Source of the DNA: an uncultured archaeon
Lineage (GTDB): Archaea > Iainarchaeota > Iainarchaeia > Iainarchaeales > 0-14-0-20-30-16
Length of the DNA stretch: 32,000 bases
Assembly: GCA_964480435.1 (NCBI GenBank)
Contig: CAYZSS010000006.1
Coordinates: forward strand, 3,399 to 35,398
Direction of reading: 5' to 3'
Below, one piece after another: positions 22,500-31,117 of the stretch. The notes under the pieces are model-generated. The model was not told where the DNA came from, did no database searches, and saw nothing but the letters and a program-made list of their open reading frames with translations. Position numbers and translations under genes: made by a program. Each line of letters begins with the position of its first letter. Positions within the stretch are counted from its first letter, which is position 1.

Positions 22500-23468
22500 A
22501 TGGAGAATATTAATAACATTGACAGAAAAATTTTATTTGAGCTTGATTTTAATTCCGCTGCTCCTTTGTCTTTGATTGCAAAAAGGTTAAAAATATCTAG
22601 GCAAAGTCTTTCACATCGAATATTTGTTTTACAAAATAAAGGTGTTTTGGGATCTTCTATAGGGATTTTTGATAGTGCTGTGGTTGGCTTTTTCTGGTAT
22701 AGAATTATTTTTAAATTAATAAATGCTGATAAAAAACAAAAAACAGACTTTTTTTCTTATTTGAAAACAAACAAAAATACTCTTTGGGTTGGAGAATTAG
22801 GTGGGGATGCTGATTGTATTGCTAACTTTGCTGCAAAAAATACTTCTGAATTTAATTTAATTTATGAAGATCTGATTTTTAAATTTGGAAAAATAATAAA
22901 AGAATTAGTAGTTTTACCTTATGTTGATGTTTATGATTTAAATAGAGCTTATTTTTGTCCAACAGTTTCTGGAAGGCAAGAATTTTATCATTCAATGAAA
23001 TTAAATGAAAATTTAATATTAGATAAAATTAATAAAGATATAATTAAAGAATATTGTAAGGGGAAAATATCTTCAAATGTAAAAGTAGGATATTCTTTAA
23101 ATGTATCAGATAATACAATTAGAAATAGAGTAAAGGAAATGAAAAAAAATAATTTTTTATTAGGTTTTAGGCAATTTGTAAACCCTAGTAGATATGGGTA
23201 TGTAGTTAATTTTTTGTTTTTAGAATTAAACAATTGTGATGAAATTTCAGAAAAAAAATTATACGATTATGCCCGGAATAATAAAAATGTAATTTACATA
23301 ACAAAACATATTGGGAAATGGCGTATCGGTTTGGAAATAGAAACCACTTCAACATATGAGTTTTATAGTATTTTTTCCGAAATAAAATCAGTTTTTAAAG
23401 ACATTATTACGGATTTTGATCATTTTTTGCTAATCAAAGATCATAAAATAAGGTATTTCCCTGAATAA
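22500..23468 (+). CDS. Tandem (duplicated) Lrp/AsnC-type protein (paralog 2)
   Basis: Module 1 is IDRKILFELDFNSAAPLSLIAKRLKISRQSLSHRIFVLQNKGVLGS followed by LWVGELGGDADCIANF. Module 2 is DKINKDIIKEYCKGKISSNVKVGYSLNVSDNTIRNRVKEMKKNNFLLGF followed by IYITKHIGKWRIGLEIE. The length and layout match 18240..19187. Confidence 0.65.
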   Translation: MENINNIDRKILFELDFNSAAPLSLIAKRLKISRQSLSHRIFVLQNKGVLGSSIGIFDSAVVGFFWYRIIFKLINADKKQKTDFFSYLKTNKNTLWVGELGGDADCIANFAAKNTSEFNLIYEDLIFKFGKIIKELVVLPYVDVYDLNRAYFCPTVSGRQEFYHSMKLNENLILDKINKDIIKEYCKGKISSNVKVGYSLNVSDNTIRNRVKEMKKNNFLLGFRQFVNPSRYGYVVNFLFLELNNCDEISEKKLYDYARNNKNVIYITKHIGKWRIGLEIETTSTYEFYSIFSEIKSVFKDIITDFDHFLLIKDHKIRYFPE

Positions 23469-23564
23469 ATATAACTTGTGAATCTGGTAATTTTGCTCTA
23501 ATCCCTAGTGTTATCTGCTACATAAACCTCTTTTTTTATAATTATATATCTACTATGTAATAGT

Positions 23565-25103
23565 ATGCAGACCGACATTTCTACTTCATTGGATTTGAAT
23601 GCTATAATCGGCGAAGTTATCCAGTATACACAAGCAAAAGGGGTAATTGTAGATAAAGAGGCAGCAATTTTCTTGTCAAAGCAAGAGAATTATGAAGAAA
23701 TAATTCAAATTGCAATAAAACAGAAAGAATCTTTCTTAGATCTTAAAAAAGTAGAAGCAATTATTCTTAAATCTTCTTCTGACTTAAACATAACTTATGA
23801 TAATAAAACAAACATTTCTAACCTTGAAGTAGTTGTAGAAAATAGGGCAAAAAGAAAAGAAGCAAAAGAATATGATGCAAAAATAAAAATAATAAAAGAT
23901 GCGGATGTTACAAATAACGCTACTGGTCAAGGAAAAGTAAGTGATTTTGTTGATTATCAAAAAGAAAGGTATGCAATTTTATCTAATTTTATAAAAAAAC
24001 ATTCTGGATTTTCTCCAGTAGCATCAAGTGGAATAAAATATAGCTCTAAAGGAGTTGAAATAGATGTTATTGGCATGTTTTATGAAAAACGAGAAACTAA
24101 AAGTGGAAACTTATTAGCTGTTTTTGACGATTCAGCGGGATTTTTTAATGTTATTTTTGATAAAAATAAACCCATATATGCGCAAGCCAGAAGATTATTA
24201 GATGATGATGTTATTGGAATAAAAGGAGTAAAAATAGATGATAGGTTAATTTATGCGTCAGAAATAATATTTCCTGATATGCCTGTAGCAGTACCTAAAA
24301 AAATCGATTTAGATTTAGATATTGCATTTACTTCTGATATACATTTAGGTAGTAAAATGTTTTTTGAAAAACAATTTAGTAATTTTATTGATTGGTTAAG
24401 TAATGGTGAAGATAGTAGTAAAATAAAATATCTTGCTATTGCTGGGGACGTTGTTGATGGGATAGGGGTATATCCTCAACAGGATGAAGAATTAGCAATG
24501 AAAGATATTTACAAACAGTATGAAGTATTGTCAAGTTATATTGAAAAAATTCCGGACTATATAGAGGTATTTATTATTTCTGGGAATCACGATGCAGTAA
24601 GAAGGGCTGACCCACAACCAGCAATACCAAAAGAATATGTGAAAAAATTGTATTCTTTAAAAAATGTACATGTGCTTGGAAGCCCATCTGTTGCAGAAGT
24701 AGAGGGTTTAAATCTGTTAATGTACCATGGTAATTCTATGAATGATATTCAACCAAAATTAGGGCTTTCTTTTTCTGAACCAATTCCAGCAATGGAAGCA
24801 TATCTTTTGCGAAGAGATTTAGCACCTATATATGGTGGAAAAAATCCAATATCTCCGGATGTAGGTGGTTTTTTACAAATAAAAGAAGAGCCAGACATTT
24901 TTGTTACTGGTCATTTACATTCAAATGGTTACGGTACATACAAAAGAACAACTTTAATAAACCCTGGGACTTGGCAGGACCAAACAAGTTTTCAAAAACA
25001 ACAAGGCCATATGCCAACACCTGGGCGAGTTCCTTTGCTTAATTTTAAGTCTGGAAAAATTATAGAAAAAGTTTTCATTAGTGAAAACAAACAGCAGGTG
25101 TAA
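23565..25103 (+). CDS. polB: DNA polymerase II (PolD) small subunit DP1
   Basis: Calcineurin/Mre11-like phosphoesterase motifs appear in DP1 order: IAFTSDIHLGS, AIAGDVVDG, IISGNHD, LMYHGNS, VTGHLHS. The OB-fold region lies upstream (IDVIGMFYEKRETKSGNLLAVFDDSAG). A TATA-like box is centred about 25 nt before the ATG. The gene is followed 2 nt later by DP2. Confidence 0.92.
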   Translation: MQTDISTSLDLNAIIGEVIQYTQAKGVIVDKEAAIFLSKQENYEEIIQIAIKQKESFLDLKKVEAIILKSSSDLNITYDNKTNISNLEVVVENRAKRKEAKEYDAKIKIIKDADVTNNATGQGKVSDFVDYQKERYAILSNFIKKHSGFSPVASSGIKYSSKGVEIDVIGMFYEKRETKSGNLLAVFDDSAGFFNVIFDKNKPIYAQARRLLDDDVIGIKGVKIDDRLIYASEIIFPDMPVAVPKKIDLDLDIAFTSDIHLGSKMFFEKQFSNFIDWLSNGEDSSKIKYLAIAGDVVDGIGVYPQQDEELAMKDIYKQYEVLSSYIEKIPDYIEVFIISGNHDAVRRADPQPAIPKEYVKKLYSLKNVHVLGSPSVAEVEGLNLLMYHGNSMNDIQPKLGLSFSEPIPAMEAYLLRRDLAPIYGGKNPISPDVGGFLQIKEEPDIFVTGHLHSNGYGTYKRTTLINPGTWQDQTSFQKQQGHMPTPGRVPLLNFKSGKIIEKVFISENKQQV

Positions 25104-25105
25104 AT

Positions 25106-28100
25106 ATGCCAAAATTACCGCCATGCGATGAACTTACAAAAAAATATTTTGAAGAGCTGTTAAAAGGTGTAGATAGTCTCTATGCTTTTGCAAATGATGC
25201 AAGAAAACTAGGTTATGATATTAAAGAAGAAGTAGAAATAAAAAGAGCAACAAACTTAGCAGAAAGAACAGAAGCAATTATGGAAATACCAGGAATTGCA
25301 AAAAGATTTGAGGAAGTAATGGCAGAAAAAAAAGATAGATTTCAAACAATAATACAAATTTTTGATGAAATATTAGCAGGAAAAATTGGGAATTATCCAA
25401 CAGATGAAAAAAGATTAGAATCTGCAATAAGAACAGCACTAACTCTTTATACTGAGGGTGTTGTTGTTGCTCCTTTGGAAGGGATCCCTGCAATAAAAAT
25501 TAGTTCAAATTCTGATTCTACAAAATATGTTGATATTTACTATGCGGGGCCAATAAGAGCGGCAGGTGGAACAGCAACTGTTTTGCCACTTGTTTTTGGT
25601 TATTATGGTGCAAAAAAACTTGGGCTCGATAGATATAAACCAACGGAATCAGAAATAGAAAGATGTGTAGAAGAATTTAGAATAATTGGTAGAAAATATT
25701 CAAGACAAATTAAAGTAAGCGAAGATGATTTAAGACATATTGTAAGAGAATGTCCTATTTGTATAAATGGGGAAGCAACAGATCCTGAAGAAGTAGATGT
25801 ATACAGAGATTTGGAAAGAGTAACAACAAATAGACTTAGAGGTGGAATGTTTTTAGTATTAACAGAGGGTGTAGTTCTTAAAGCGGCGAAGTTAAAAAAA
25901 ATAGCTAAGGGTTTTGGATTTGAATGGAATTGGCTTGATAAATTTATTAAAGTTAAGGAAGTTGGAAGCAATACAGAAATTTTGCCAAATTATAAATATT
26001 TAGAGGGTGCGGCTGCAGGAAGGCCTGTGTTTTCATATCCTTCTAAATTTGGTGGATTTAGGGTGAGATATGGTAGAACTAGAACAACTGGCTTAATGGC
26101 AAAAGCTATGCACCCGTTAACTATGGAAGTTTTGGGAGGATACATTGCAGTAGGAACTCAATTGAAAGTAGAAAGGCCTGGAAAAGCAACAGAAATTGGA
26201 CCCTGCGATACTATTGAAAGTCCATATGTGAAATTAGCAAATAAATCAATAGTAAAAGTAGAATCAAAAAGTTGGTACGAATTAAATAAAGACAATATTG
26301 AAAAAATTTTATTTGTTGGGGATATTCTTATTCCTTATGCTGATTTTAGAAAAACAGCACACCCGCTAATGCCTCCTGGATATTGTGAAGAATGGTGGGT
26401 TCTAGAATTAGAAAAAGAATTAGAGAAAAGAAATTTAGATAAAAAAGAATTTGAAAGTTATCTTAAAAATCCAAATGTTGTTTCAGAATCAGATGCAGTA
26501 AAATTATCTGAATATTTGGGGATTCCTTTACATCCAAAGTATCTGTATTTTTACATAACTTTGACAGAGGAAGATGTTGCTTTTATAAGGGCTGCTTTGC
26601 AAGGGGCTGAAAAAAAATATGGGGACGAAAATAACTTTGAAGTGATAATGGATTATACTGAAAAGTTAGATTTTTTATTTACAAAAATAATAATGCCTAT
26701 GACAGTAAAAAATGAAAAAATAATAATTAAACATGGGCTTTCATTGTTTAAAACTTTTGGTATTTTTGATATTGAAAAAGAAGCACCAATTGGCTTAGAT
26801 ATTTTAGAATTATTAAGTTATCTTGCAGGATTTCCAATAAAAGATAAGGCTGGATCATTTATTGGTGCTAGAATGGGTAGACCAGAGTCTGCTACAGAAA
26901 GAAAAATGACTGGTAGCCCGCAAGTATTATTCCCTATTGGAAAAATGGGGGGTGCAACAAGAAATATAAACAAGGCAGTGGATTTTAAATCACAAGAAAG
27001 TAATGGGTTATTTGGATTAAATAAATTAATGAAAGTAGATATTGCTTTTTATAAATGCCCAAACTGTAAAAAAGAATTGGTGCATCCTTTTTGCTGGGAT
27101 TGTAAAGTAAGAACTGAAAGAGTTTATTCCTGTAGTTTATGTGACAAAACTTATGAAAAGCGTCAGGAAAAATGTAGCTGTGGAGGAAAAATCCGTGCAT
27201 CGAAATATGTGGATTTATCGCTTACAAAAATTTTTGGAGAGGCTGTAAAAAGATTAGGAGTTGAAGCCCCGGCAATGATAAAAGGTGTAGAAGGTTTAGT
27301 TTCTTATGATAAAATTGCTGAACCAATAGAAAAAGGAATTCTAAGAGCAAAAAATGGAGTTTATGTTTTTAAAGATGGTGTTTGTAGAGTAGATTTACTT
27401 GATTTTAATTTAAGCCATTTTAGACCAAAAGAACTTAATTTGTCTGTGGAAAATGCAAGAAAATTAGGGTACACAAAAGATATGTATGATAAAGAGTTAG
27501 TTGATGAAAACCAAACTGTAAGAATGTTTCCACAAGATGTCGTATTGAATTCTTATGTAGGGGATTATTTGGTGAAAGTAGCTGCTTTTATTGATGAACT
27601 ATTAGAAAAGTTTTACAAGAAAGAAAAATTTTATAATGCAAAAAAAAGAGAAGATTTAATTGGGCAATATATTTTAGGATTGGCTCCTCACATTGTTGCC
27701 GGAATTGTAGGAAGAATTATTGGATATAGTGATGCGAGAGTAATGTTTGCACACCCCTATTTTAATACCGCAAAAAGAAGAAATACAGATGGTGACCAAG
27801 ATTCAGCAATGCTTCTTTTAGATGTTTGTTTAAACTTTTCAAAAGAGTATTTGCCATCCACCAGGGGTGGAAAACAAGATACTCCTTTAGTTGCAACTGT
27901 TATTTTAGATCCGCAAGAAATAGATGATGAAGCATATGAAATGGAAACAGTTGATAAATATACTTTGGAGTTTTACGAATCTGCAATGAAAAAAGCGGAG
28001 CCAAGTTTGAAATTTTTAGATATTGTTGGAAAATTTATTGGCACTGATAAACAATTTGATGAAATGAAATTTACGCATGATACAAAATTATTTGACGAAG

Positions 28101-28528
28101 GACCAAAACAGTCAACATATACTTTAATAAAAGATATGAAAGAGAAAATTTCGCACCAATTAGATTTACAATATAAAATAAACGCTGTTGACCATATGGC
28201 AGCATTAGAATTAGTTTTGTCAACACATTTTTTACCTGATATAATTGGAAATGCAAGAAAATATGCGAGACAAGGATTTAGATGTACTAAGTGTAATAAA
28301 AAATTTAGAAGAATTCCTTTATCTGGTATTTGTTCTTGTGGAGGAAATATAAATTTAACAATTGCACAGGGTTCAGTAAGAAAATATCTGGGCTTAGCTA
28401 CTGATATTTCAAAGAGATATAAATTAACTGATTATTTGGACCAAAGAATAAAATTAATTTACAAAGAGGTGGATTCTTTGTTTGATAATGAAAAAATAAG
28501 GCAAAAATCTTTGGGTGACTTTTTTTAG
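25106..28528 (+). CDS. polC: DNA polymerase II (PolD) large catalytic subunit DP2
   Basis: The protein is 1140 aa. The conserved acidic catalytic motif is AKRRNTDGDQDSAMLL (N-x-D-G-D-x-D type). The Zn-finger clusters are CPNCKKELVHPFCWDC, CSLCDKTYEKRQEKCSCGG and C-terminal CTKCNKKFRRIPLSGICSCGG. Further conserved stretches are GRPVFSYPSKFGGFRVRYGRTRTTG and GARMGRPE. SD AGGTG lies 6 nt before the ATG. No intein-like insertion is evident. Confidence 0.93.
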   Translation: MPKLPPCDELTKKYFEELLKGVDSLYAFANDARKLGYDIKEEVEIKRATNLAERTEAIMEIPGIAKRFEEVMAEKKDRFQTIIQIFDEILAGKIGNYPTDEKRLESAIRTALTLYTEGVVVAPLEGIPAIKISSNSDSTKYVDIYYAGPIRAAGGTATVLPLVFGYYGAKKLGLDRYKPTESEIERCVEEFRIIGRKYSRQIKVSEDDLRHIVRECPICINGEATDPEEVDVYRDLERVTTNRLRGGMFLVLTEGVVLKAAKLKKIAKGFGFEWNWLDKFIKVKEVGSNTEILPNYKYLEGAAAGRPVFSYPSKFGGFRVRYGRTRTTGLMAKAMHPLTMEVLGGYIAVGTQLKVERPGKATEIGPCDTIESPYVKLANKSIVKVESKSWYELNKDNIEKILFVGDILIPYADFRKTAHPLMPPGYCEEWWVLELEKELEKRNLDKKEFESYLKNPNVVSESDAVKLSEYLGIPLHPKYLYFYITLTEEDVAFIRAALQGAEKKYGDENNFEVIMDYTEKLDFLFTKIIMPMTVKNEKIIIKHGLSLFKTFGIFDIEKEAPIGLDILELLSYLAGFPIKDKAGSFIGARMGRPESATERKMTGSPQVLFPIGKMGGATRNINKAVDFKSQESNGLFGLNKLMKVDIAFYKCPNCKKELVHPFCWDCKVRTERVYSCSLCDKTYEKRQEKCSCGGKIRASKYVDLSLTKIFGEAVKRLGVEAPAMIKGVEGLVSYDKIAEPIEKGILRAKNGVYVFKDGVCRVDLLDFNLSHFRPKELNLSVENARKLGYTKDMYDKELVDENQTVRMFPQDVVLNSYVGDYLVKVAAFIDELLEKFYKKEKFYNAKKREDLIGQYILGLAPHIVAGIVGRIIGYSDARVMFAHPYFNTAKRRNTDGDQDSAMLLLDVCLNFSKEYLPSTRGGKQDTPLVATVILDPQEIDDEAYEMETVDKYTLEFYESAMKKAEPSLKFLDIVGKFIGTDKQFDEMKFTHDTKLFDEGPKQSTYTLIKDMKEKISHQLDLQYKINAVDHMAALELVLSTHFLPDIIGNARKYARQGFRCTKCNKKFRRIPLSGICSCGGNINLTIAQGSVRKYLGLATDISKRYKLTDYLDQRIKLIYKEVDSLFDNEKIRQKSLGDFF

Positions 28529-28537
28529 AGTGATTTA

Positions 28538-29191
28538 ATGGACTTTGATAATCTGTTTTCTATTCTTGAAAAAGAAACAAAAAAATTTAATGTTCCAGTG
28601 GTAGACTTAATAAAAACACAAACAAAAAATAATTATAAAATTCTTGTGTCTACAATTTTGTCGGCAAGAACAAAAGATGAAATTACTGCAGAAGCTAGTA
28701 GTGGATTATTTAAAAAAGCAGAAAACTTTTTAGAATTAAATAAACTAGGATTACAAGAAATAGAAAAACTAATTTATCCTGTTGGGTTTTATAAAACAAA
28801 AGCAAAACATTTAAAGCAAGTGGGACAAATTATTCTGGAAAAATATAAAGGGAAAATACCATCAGAAATTGAATCCTTACTTTCTCTTCCGGGTGTTGGA
28901 AGAAAAACTGCGAATCTTTATCTTTCTGTTGCACTAAACAAAGACGCTATCTGTGTTGATACTCATGTTCACAGAATTTTTAATAGGTTGGGGTTAATAA
29001 AAACAAAAAAACCATCTGAAACTGAGAAAGAATTGATGAAATTGGTTCCAAAAAAATATTGGAAAAAAATAAATTTTTATTTTGTTGCTTGGGGTCAAAA
29101 TACTTGTAAACCAATTAATCCTAAATGTAACTTTTGTAAGATAAGTAAGTTTTGTAAAAGAGTTGGTGTAAATGTTAATAAACAAAATTAA
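28538..29191 (+). CDS. nth: Endonuclease III (HhH-GPD DNA glycosylase/AP lyase)
   Basis: The HhH motif with catalytic Lys is LLSLPGVGRKTANLYL, and the Asp is in ICVDTHVHRI. The [4Fe-4S] ligand pattern C-x6-C-x2-C-x5-C appears in CKPINPKCNFCKISKFC. Confidence 0.9.
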   Translation: MDFDNLFSILEKETKKFNVPVVDLIKTQTKNNYKILVSTILSARTKDEITAEASSGLFKKAENFLELNKLGLQEIEKLIYPVGFYKTKAKHLKQVGQIILEKYKGKIPSEIESLLSLPGVGRKTANLYLSVALNKDAICVDTHVHRIFNRLGLIKTKKPSETEKELMKLVPKKYWKKINFYFVAWGQNTCKPINPKCNFCKISKFCKRVGVNVNKQN

Positions 29192-29819
29192 TTCTTTGAA
29201 AAAATCAGAAATAAAAAAACAAGTTGACAAAAGAATAAACGAATTTGAAATAAACAGAACTGTTGATGAAATATTTTCTGAATTGTGCTTCTGTCTTTTG
29301 ACAGCAAACTTTAATGCAGAAAGAAGCATAAAGATTCAAAATGAAATTGGGGTGAACGGGTTCCTGAATTTGCCTGAGAAAAAACTTGTAGAAAAATTAA
29401 AAGAATTAGGACATAGATTTTACAATAAAAGAGCAGAGTATATTGTGGAAGCAAGAAAGCAAATAGGAAAAATATTTGCGGTGATTAAACAAGAAAAAGA
29501 AAAAAAGACAAATAAAAAAACAGAAAGCCTTGAAATAAGAACTTGGTTAATTGGCAACATAAAAGGTTTAGGATTAAAAGAAGCAAGTCATTTTCTAAGG
29601 AATATTGGGTTTAAAGATTTTGCAATTATAGATTTTCATATTGTAGACCTGCTAGTAAAAGAGGGGCTAATAGGAAAACAGAAACGAGGTGCTCTTACTC
29701 AAAAGAAATATCTTGATATTGAACAAATCTTATTTGGTATAAGCAAAAAAGTAAATCTTAATTTGGCAGAGCTAGATTTATATCTGTGGTATTTAGAAAC
29801 AGGGAAAATACTTAAATGA
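29172..29819 (+). CDS. ogg: 8-oxoguanine DNA glycosylase/AP lyase, archaeal Ogg2 (Mj-Ogg) type
   Basis: FSELCFCLLTANFNAERSIKIQ and IKGLGLKEASHFLRNIGFKDFAIIDFHI carry the catalytic Lys and Asp of the HhH-GPD Ogg2 family. The N-terminal LINKINSLKKSEIKKQVDKRINEF parallels my recollection of the Methanocaldococcus Ogg N-terminus. It overlaps nth by 20 nt. Confidence 0.85.
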   Translation: MLINKINSLKKSEIKKQVDKRINEFEINRTVDEIFSELCFCLLTANFNAERSIKIQNEIGVNGFLNLPEKKLVEKLKELGHRFYNKRAEYIVEARKQIGKIFAVIKQEKEKKTNKKTESLEIRTWLIGNIKGLGLKEASHFLRNIGFKDFAIIDFHIVDLLVKEGLIGKQKRGALTQKKYLDIEQILFGISKKVNLNLAELDLYLWYLETGKILK

Positions 29820-30929
29820 TTAATTTTTTTCCAAGTTTTTTATTATTTCAGAATACATTCCTGTTGGAATAGATTTTCCTATTTTTGGGGGGCAACCGCA
29901 ATTAAAAGTGCCTACTCTGTTGTAATTCTCACAATTTTTCCAAATGCTTCCAAATACAGTGACATCATCACCAGGGCATCTTAATACAGTTCCGGTAAGT
30001 GTGACATACATCCCACACGCAATTTGGTTGCAAGGCATAACTCCTGCATAAGAGGAAACGCCCTCTTTTTGTATTTGTTCTAATGTTTGTATTCCCTTTT
30101 CAATATTCCAATTGTAAATTTTTGTATATAACTCTACAAGTTTCTTTTTGCAGGGGGTTATTTTATCCCATTGATATTTTTCAGCACATCTTCCTGAAAT
30201 CATTGTGGGGGTAATAATTGCGCATAGATTTCTAATTCTTGCCCATTTATACATTTCAAATAAATTATCGTAATTTTGTTTTGTTATTGGGTTCATTGCT
30301 AAACATAATTTAGTTGGATTAGTTTTGTTAAATCCAGCATCAACCAATAGTGTTAATGCTTTATTTCTTTTTAGAGTGTAGCCTTTAACATTCCCAACCA
30401 TTTTGTCTTGAATTTCTGTATCGAAAGAATTAAATCCAAGAAGTATGGTTACATTTAGTTTTTTTAATTCTTTTGCTAGTTGTTTTCCCGTTGTGATTCC
30501 ATAAAGAGAATTCCATTTTTTTGCAAGTGTATCGTCGCCTATTACTGTTCCTTTAGTAAATATTACTGGAATTATTTTTTCAGAATGTAAAAATCTTAAA
30601 AATTCTATAAATCGTTTATCTTCAAAAGGTTCTCCTGCTCCTAAGAATTTAACTGATTTTAGACCGAGTTTTTTTGCGTCTTTAATTAGTTTAATAATAT
30701 CGTCATAACCCATTTGTTTTTGTTTTCCTGTGTTAACTTTATTATTTCTTCTAAAGCAGTGTGGACAATTTAAACTACAATAATTTCCAAAATCAATATC
30801 TAAAGTTAGTATCTTTCCTTTATTTTGTTTTATCACTTTCTCAGAGAACGCCCAGCCATTTGCTGTGTTAACGAGATTTTTAGGAAATTTGTTTTTGAAA
30901 ATAACTGGGATCTTTGGAATTACTTGCAT
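29820..30929 (-). CDS. Radical SAM enzyme with a C-terminal SPASM/twitch-like Cys cluster
   Basis: The canonical CxxxCxxC is in DFGNYCSLNCPHCF, and GAGEPF is the GGE-like motif. The C-terminal Cys-rich region is PCNQIACGMYVTLTGTVLRCPGDD...WKNCENYNRVGTFNCGCPPK. TATA-like TTTAAATA (plus-strand 30951-30958) is centred about 26 nt upstream of the ATG at 30929. Confidence 0.8.
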   Translation of the reverse strand: MQVIPKIPVIFKNKFPKNLVNTANGWAFSEKVIKQNKGKILTLDIDFGNYCSLNCPHCFRRNNKVNTGKQKQMGYDDIIKLIKDAKKLGLKSVKFLGAGEPFEDKRFIEFLRFLHSEKIIPVIFTKGTVIGDDTLAKKWNSLYGITTGKQLAKELKKLNVTILLGFNSFDTEIQDKMVGNVKGYTLKRNKALTLLVDAGFNKTNPTKLCLAMNPITKQNYDNLFEMYKWARIRNLCAIITPTMISGRCAEKYQWDKITPCKKKLVELYTKIYNWNIEKGIQTLEQIQKEGVSSYAGVMPCNQIACGMYVTLTGTVLRCPGDDVTVFGSIWKNCENYNRVGTFNCGCPPKIGKSIPTGMYSEIIKNLEKN

Positions 30930-30990
30930 AATATATAATTTTTATAACCTTTTAAATATCTTTTGTTTAAGTTTTCTTAAAAATAATTAG

Positions 30991-31117
30991 AACCCAAAAA
31001 GGGTTTAGGGAAATAATCCCCTATTGTTTGTTGTGTTATATTTATTTCTTCCAAGAAAGCTTTTTGCTGAAAAAGCAAAAAGTTTCAGGGCTGAAAAAAT
31101 TTCCAATGTGGAAATTT
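30991..31117 (-). other. Cluster of four hairpins between the 54-aa ORF and the SPASM radical SAM promoter; the first behaves like an intrinsic terminator
   Basis: The four hairpins are:
- AAATTTCCA-atg-TGGAAATTT (31097-31117, 9 bp). On the minus strand it overlaps the stop codon and is followed by TTTTTT.
- aaagCTTTTTGCT-gaaaa-AGCAAAAAGttt (31057-31085, about 12 bp).
- AGGG-aaataatc-CCCT (31007-31022, weak).
- AACCC-aaaaa-GGGTT (30991-31005). Confidence 0.45.

Noticed and set aside
25106-28528. Intein or large insertion in PolD DP2
   Set aside because: The length (1140 aa) is at the short end for DP2. The sequence is colinear through the conserved blocks, with no Cys/Ser...HN splice-junction pattern evident.
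904-29329. Antisense or out-of-frame track ORFs inside longer genes. These are 904..1119, 2633..2977, 6871..7362, 7728..7961, 8167..8646, 10856..11047, 14988..15206, 15480..15755, 17349..17687, 17653..17877, 18431..18693, 19680..19924, 20644..20913, 21678..21908, 22120..22335, 22988..23233, 25278..25493, 25603..25971, 26985..27200, 28071..28256 and 28994..29329.
   Set aside because: Each is fully embedded in, or mostly overlaps, a longer ORF with clear family motifs. Their translations are low-complexity (Leu/Phe/Ser/Ile-rich), as expected for shadow frames, and they have no start signals.
16361-30929. Alternative heme pathway idea: the fused Lrp-like proteins as AhbA/AhbB (NirDL-type siroheme decarboxylase) and the radical SAM genes as AhbC/AhbD
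   Set aside because: The window has no siroheme or tetrapyrrole genes. One radical SAM is B12-binding type, not NirJ-like. The Lrp-like genes have autoregulator-style palindromes over their own TATA boxes and canonical HTH sequence patterns. I keep it only as something a profile search should exclude.
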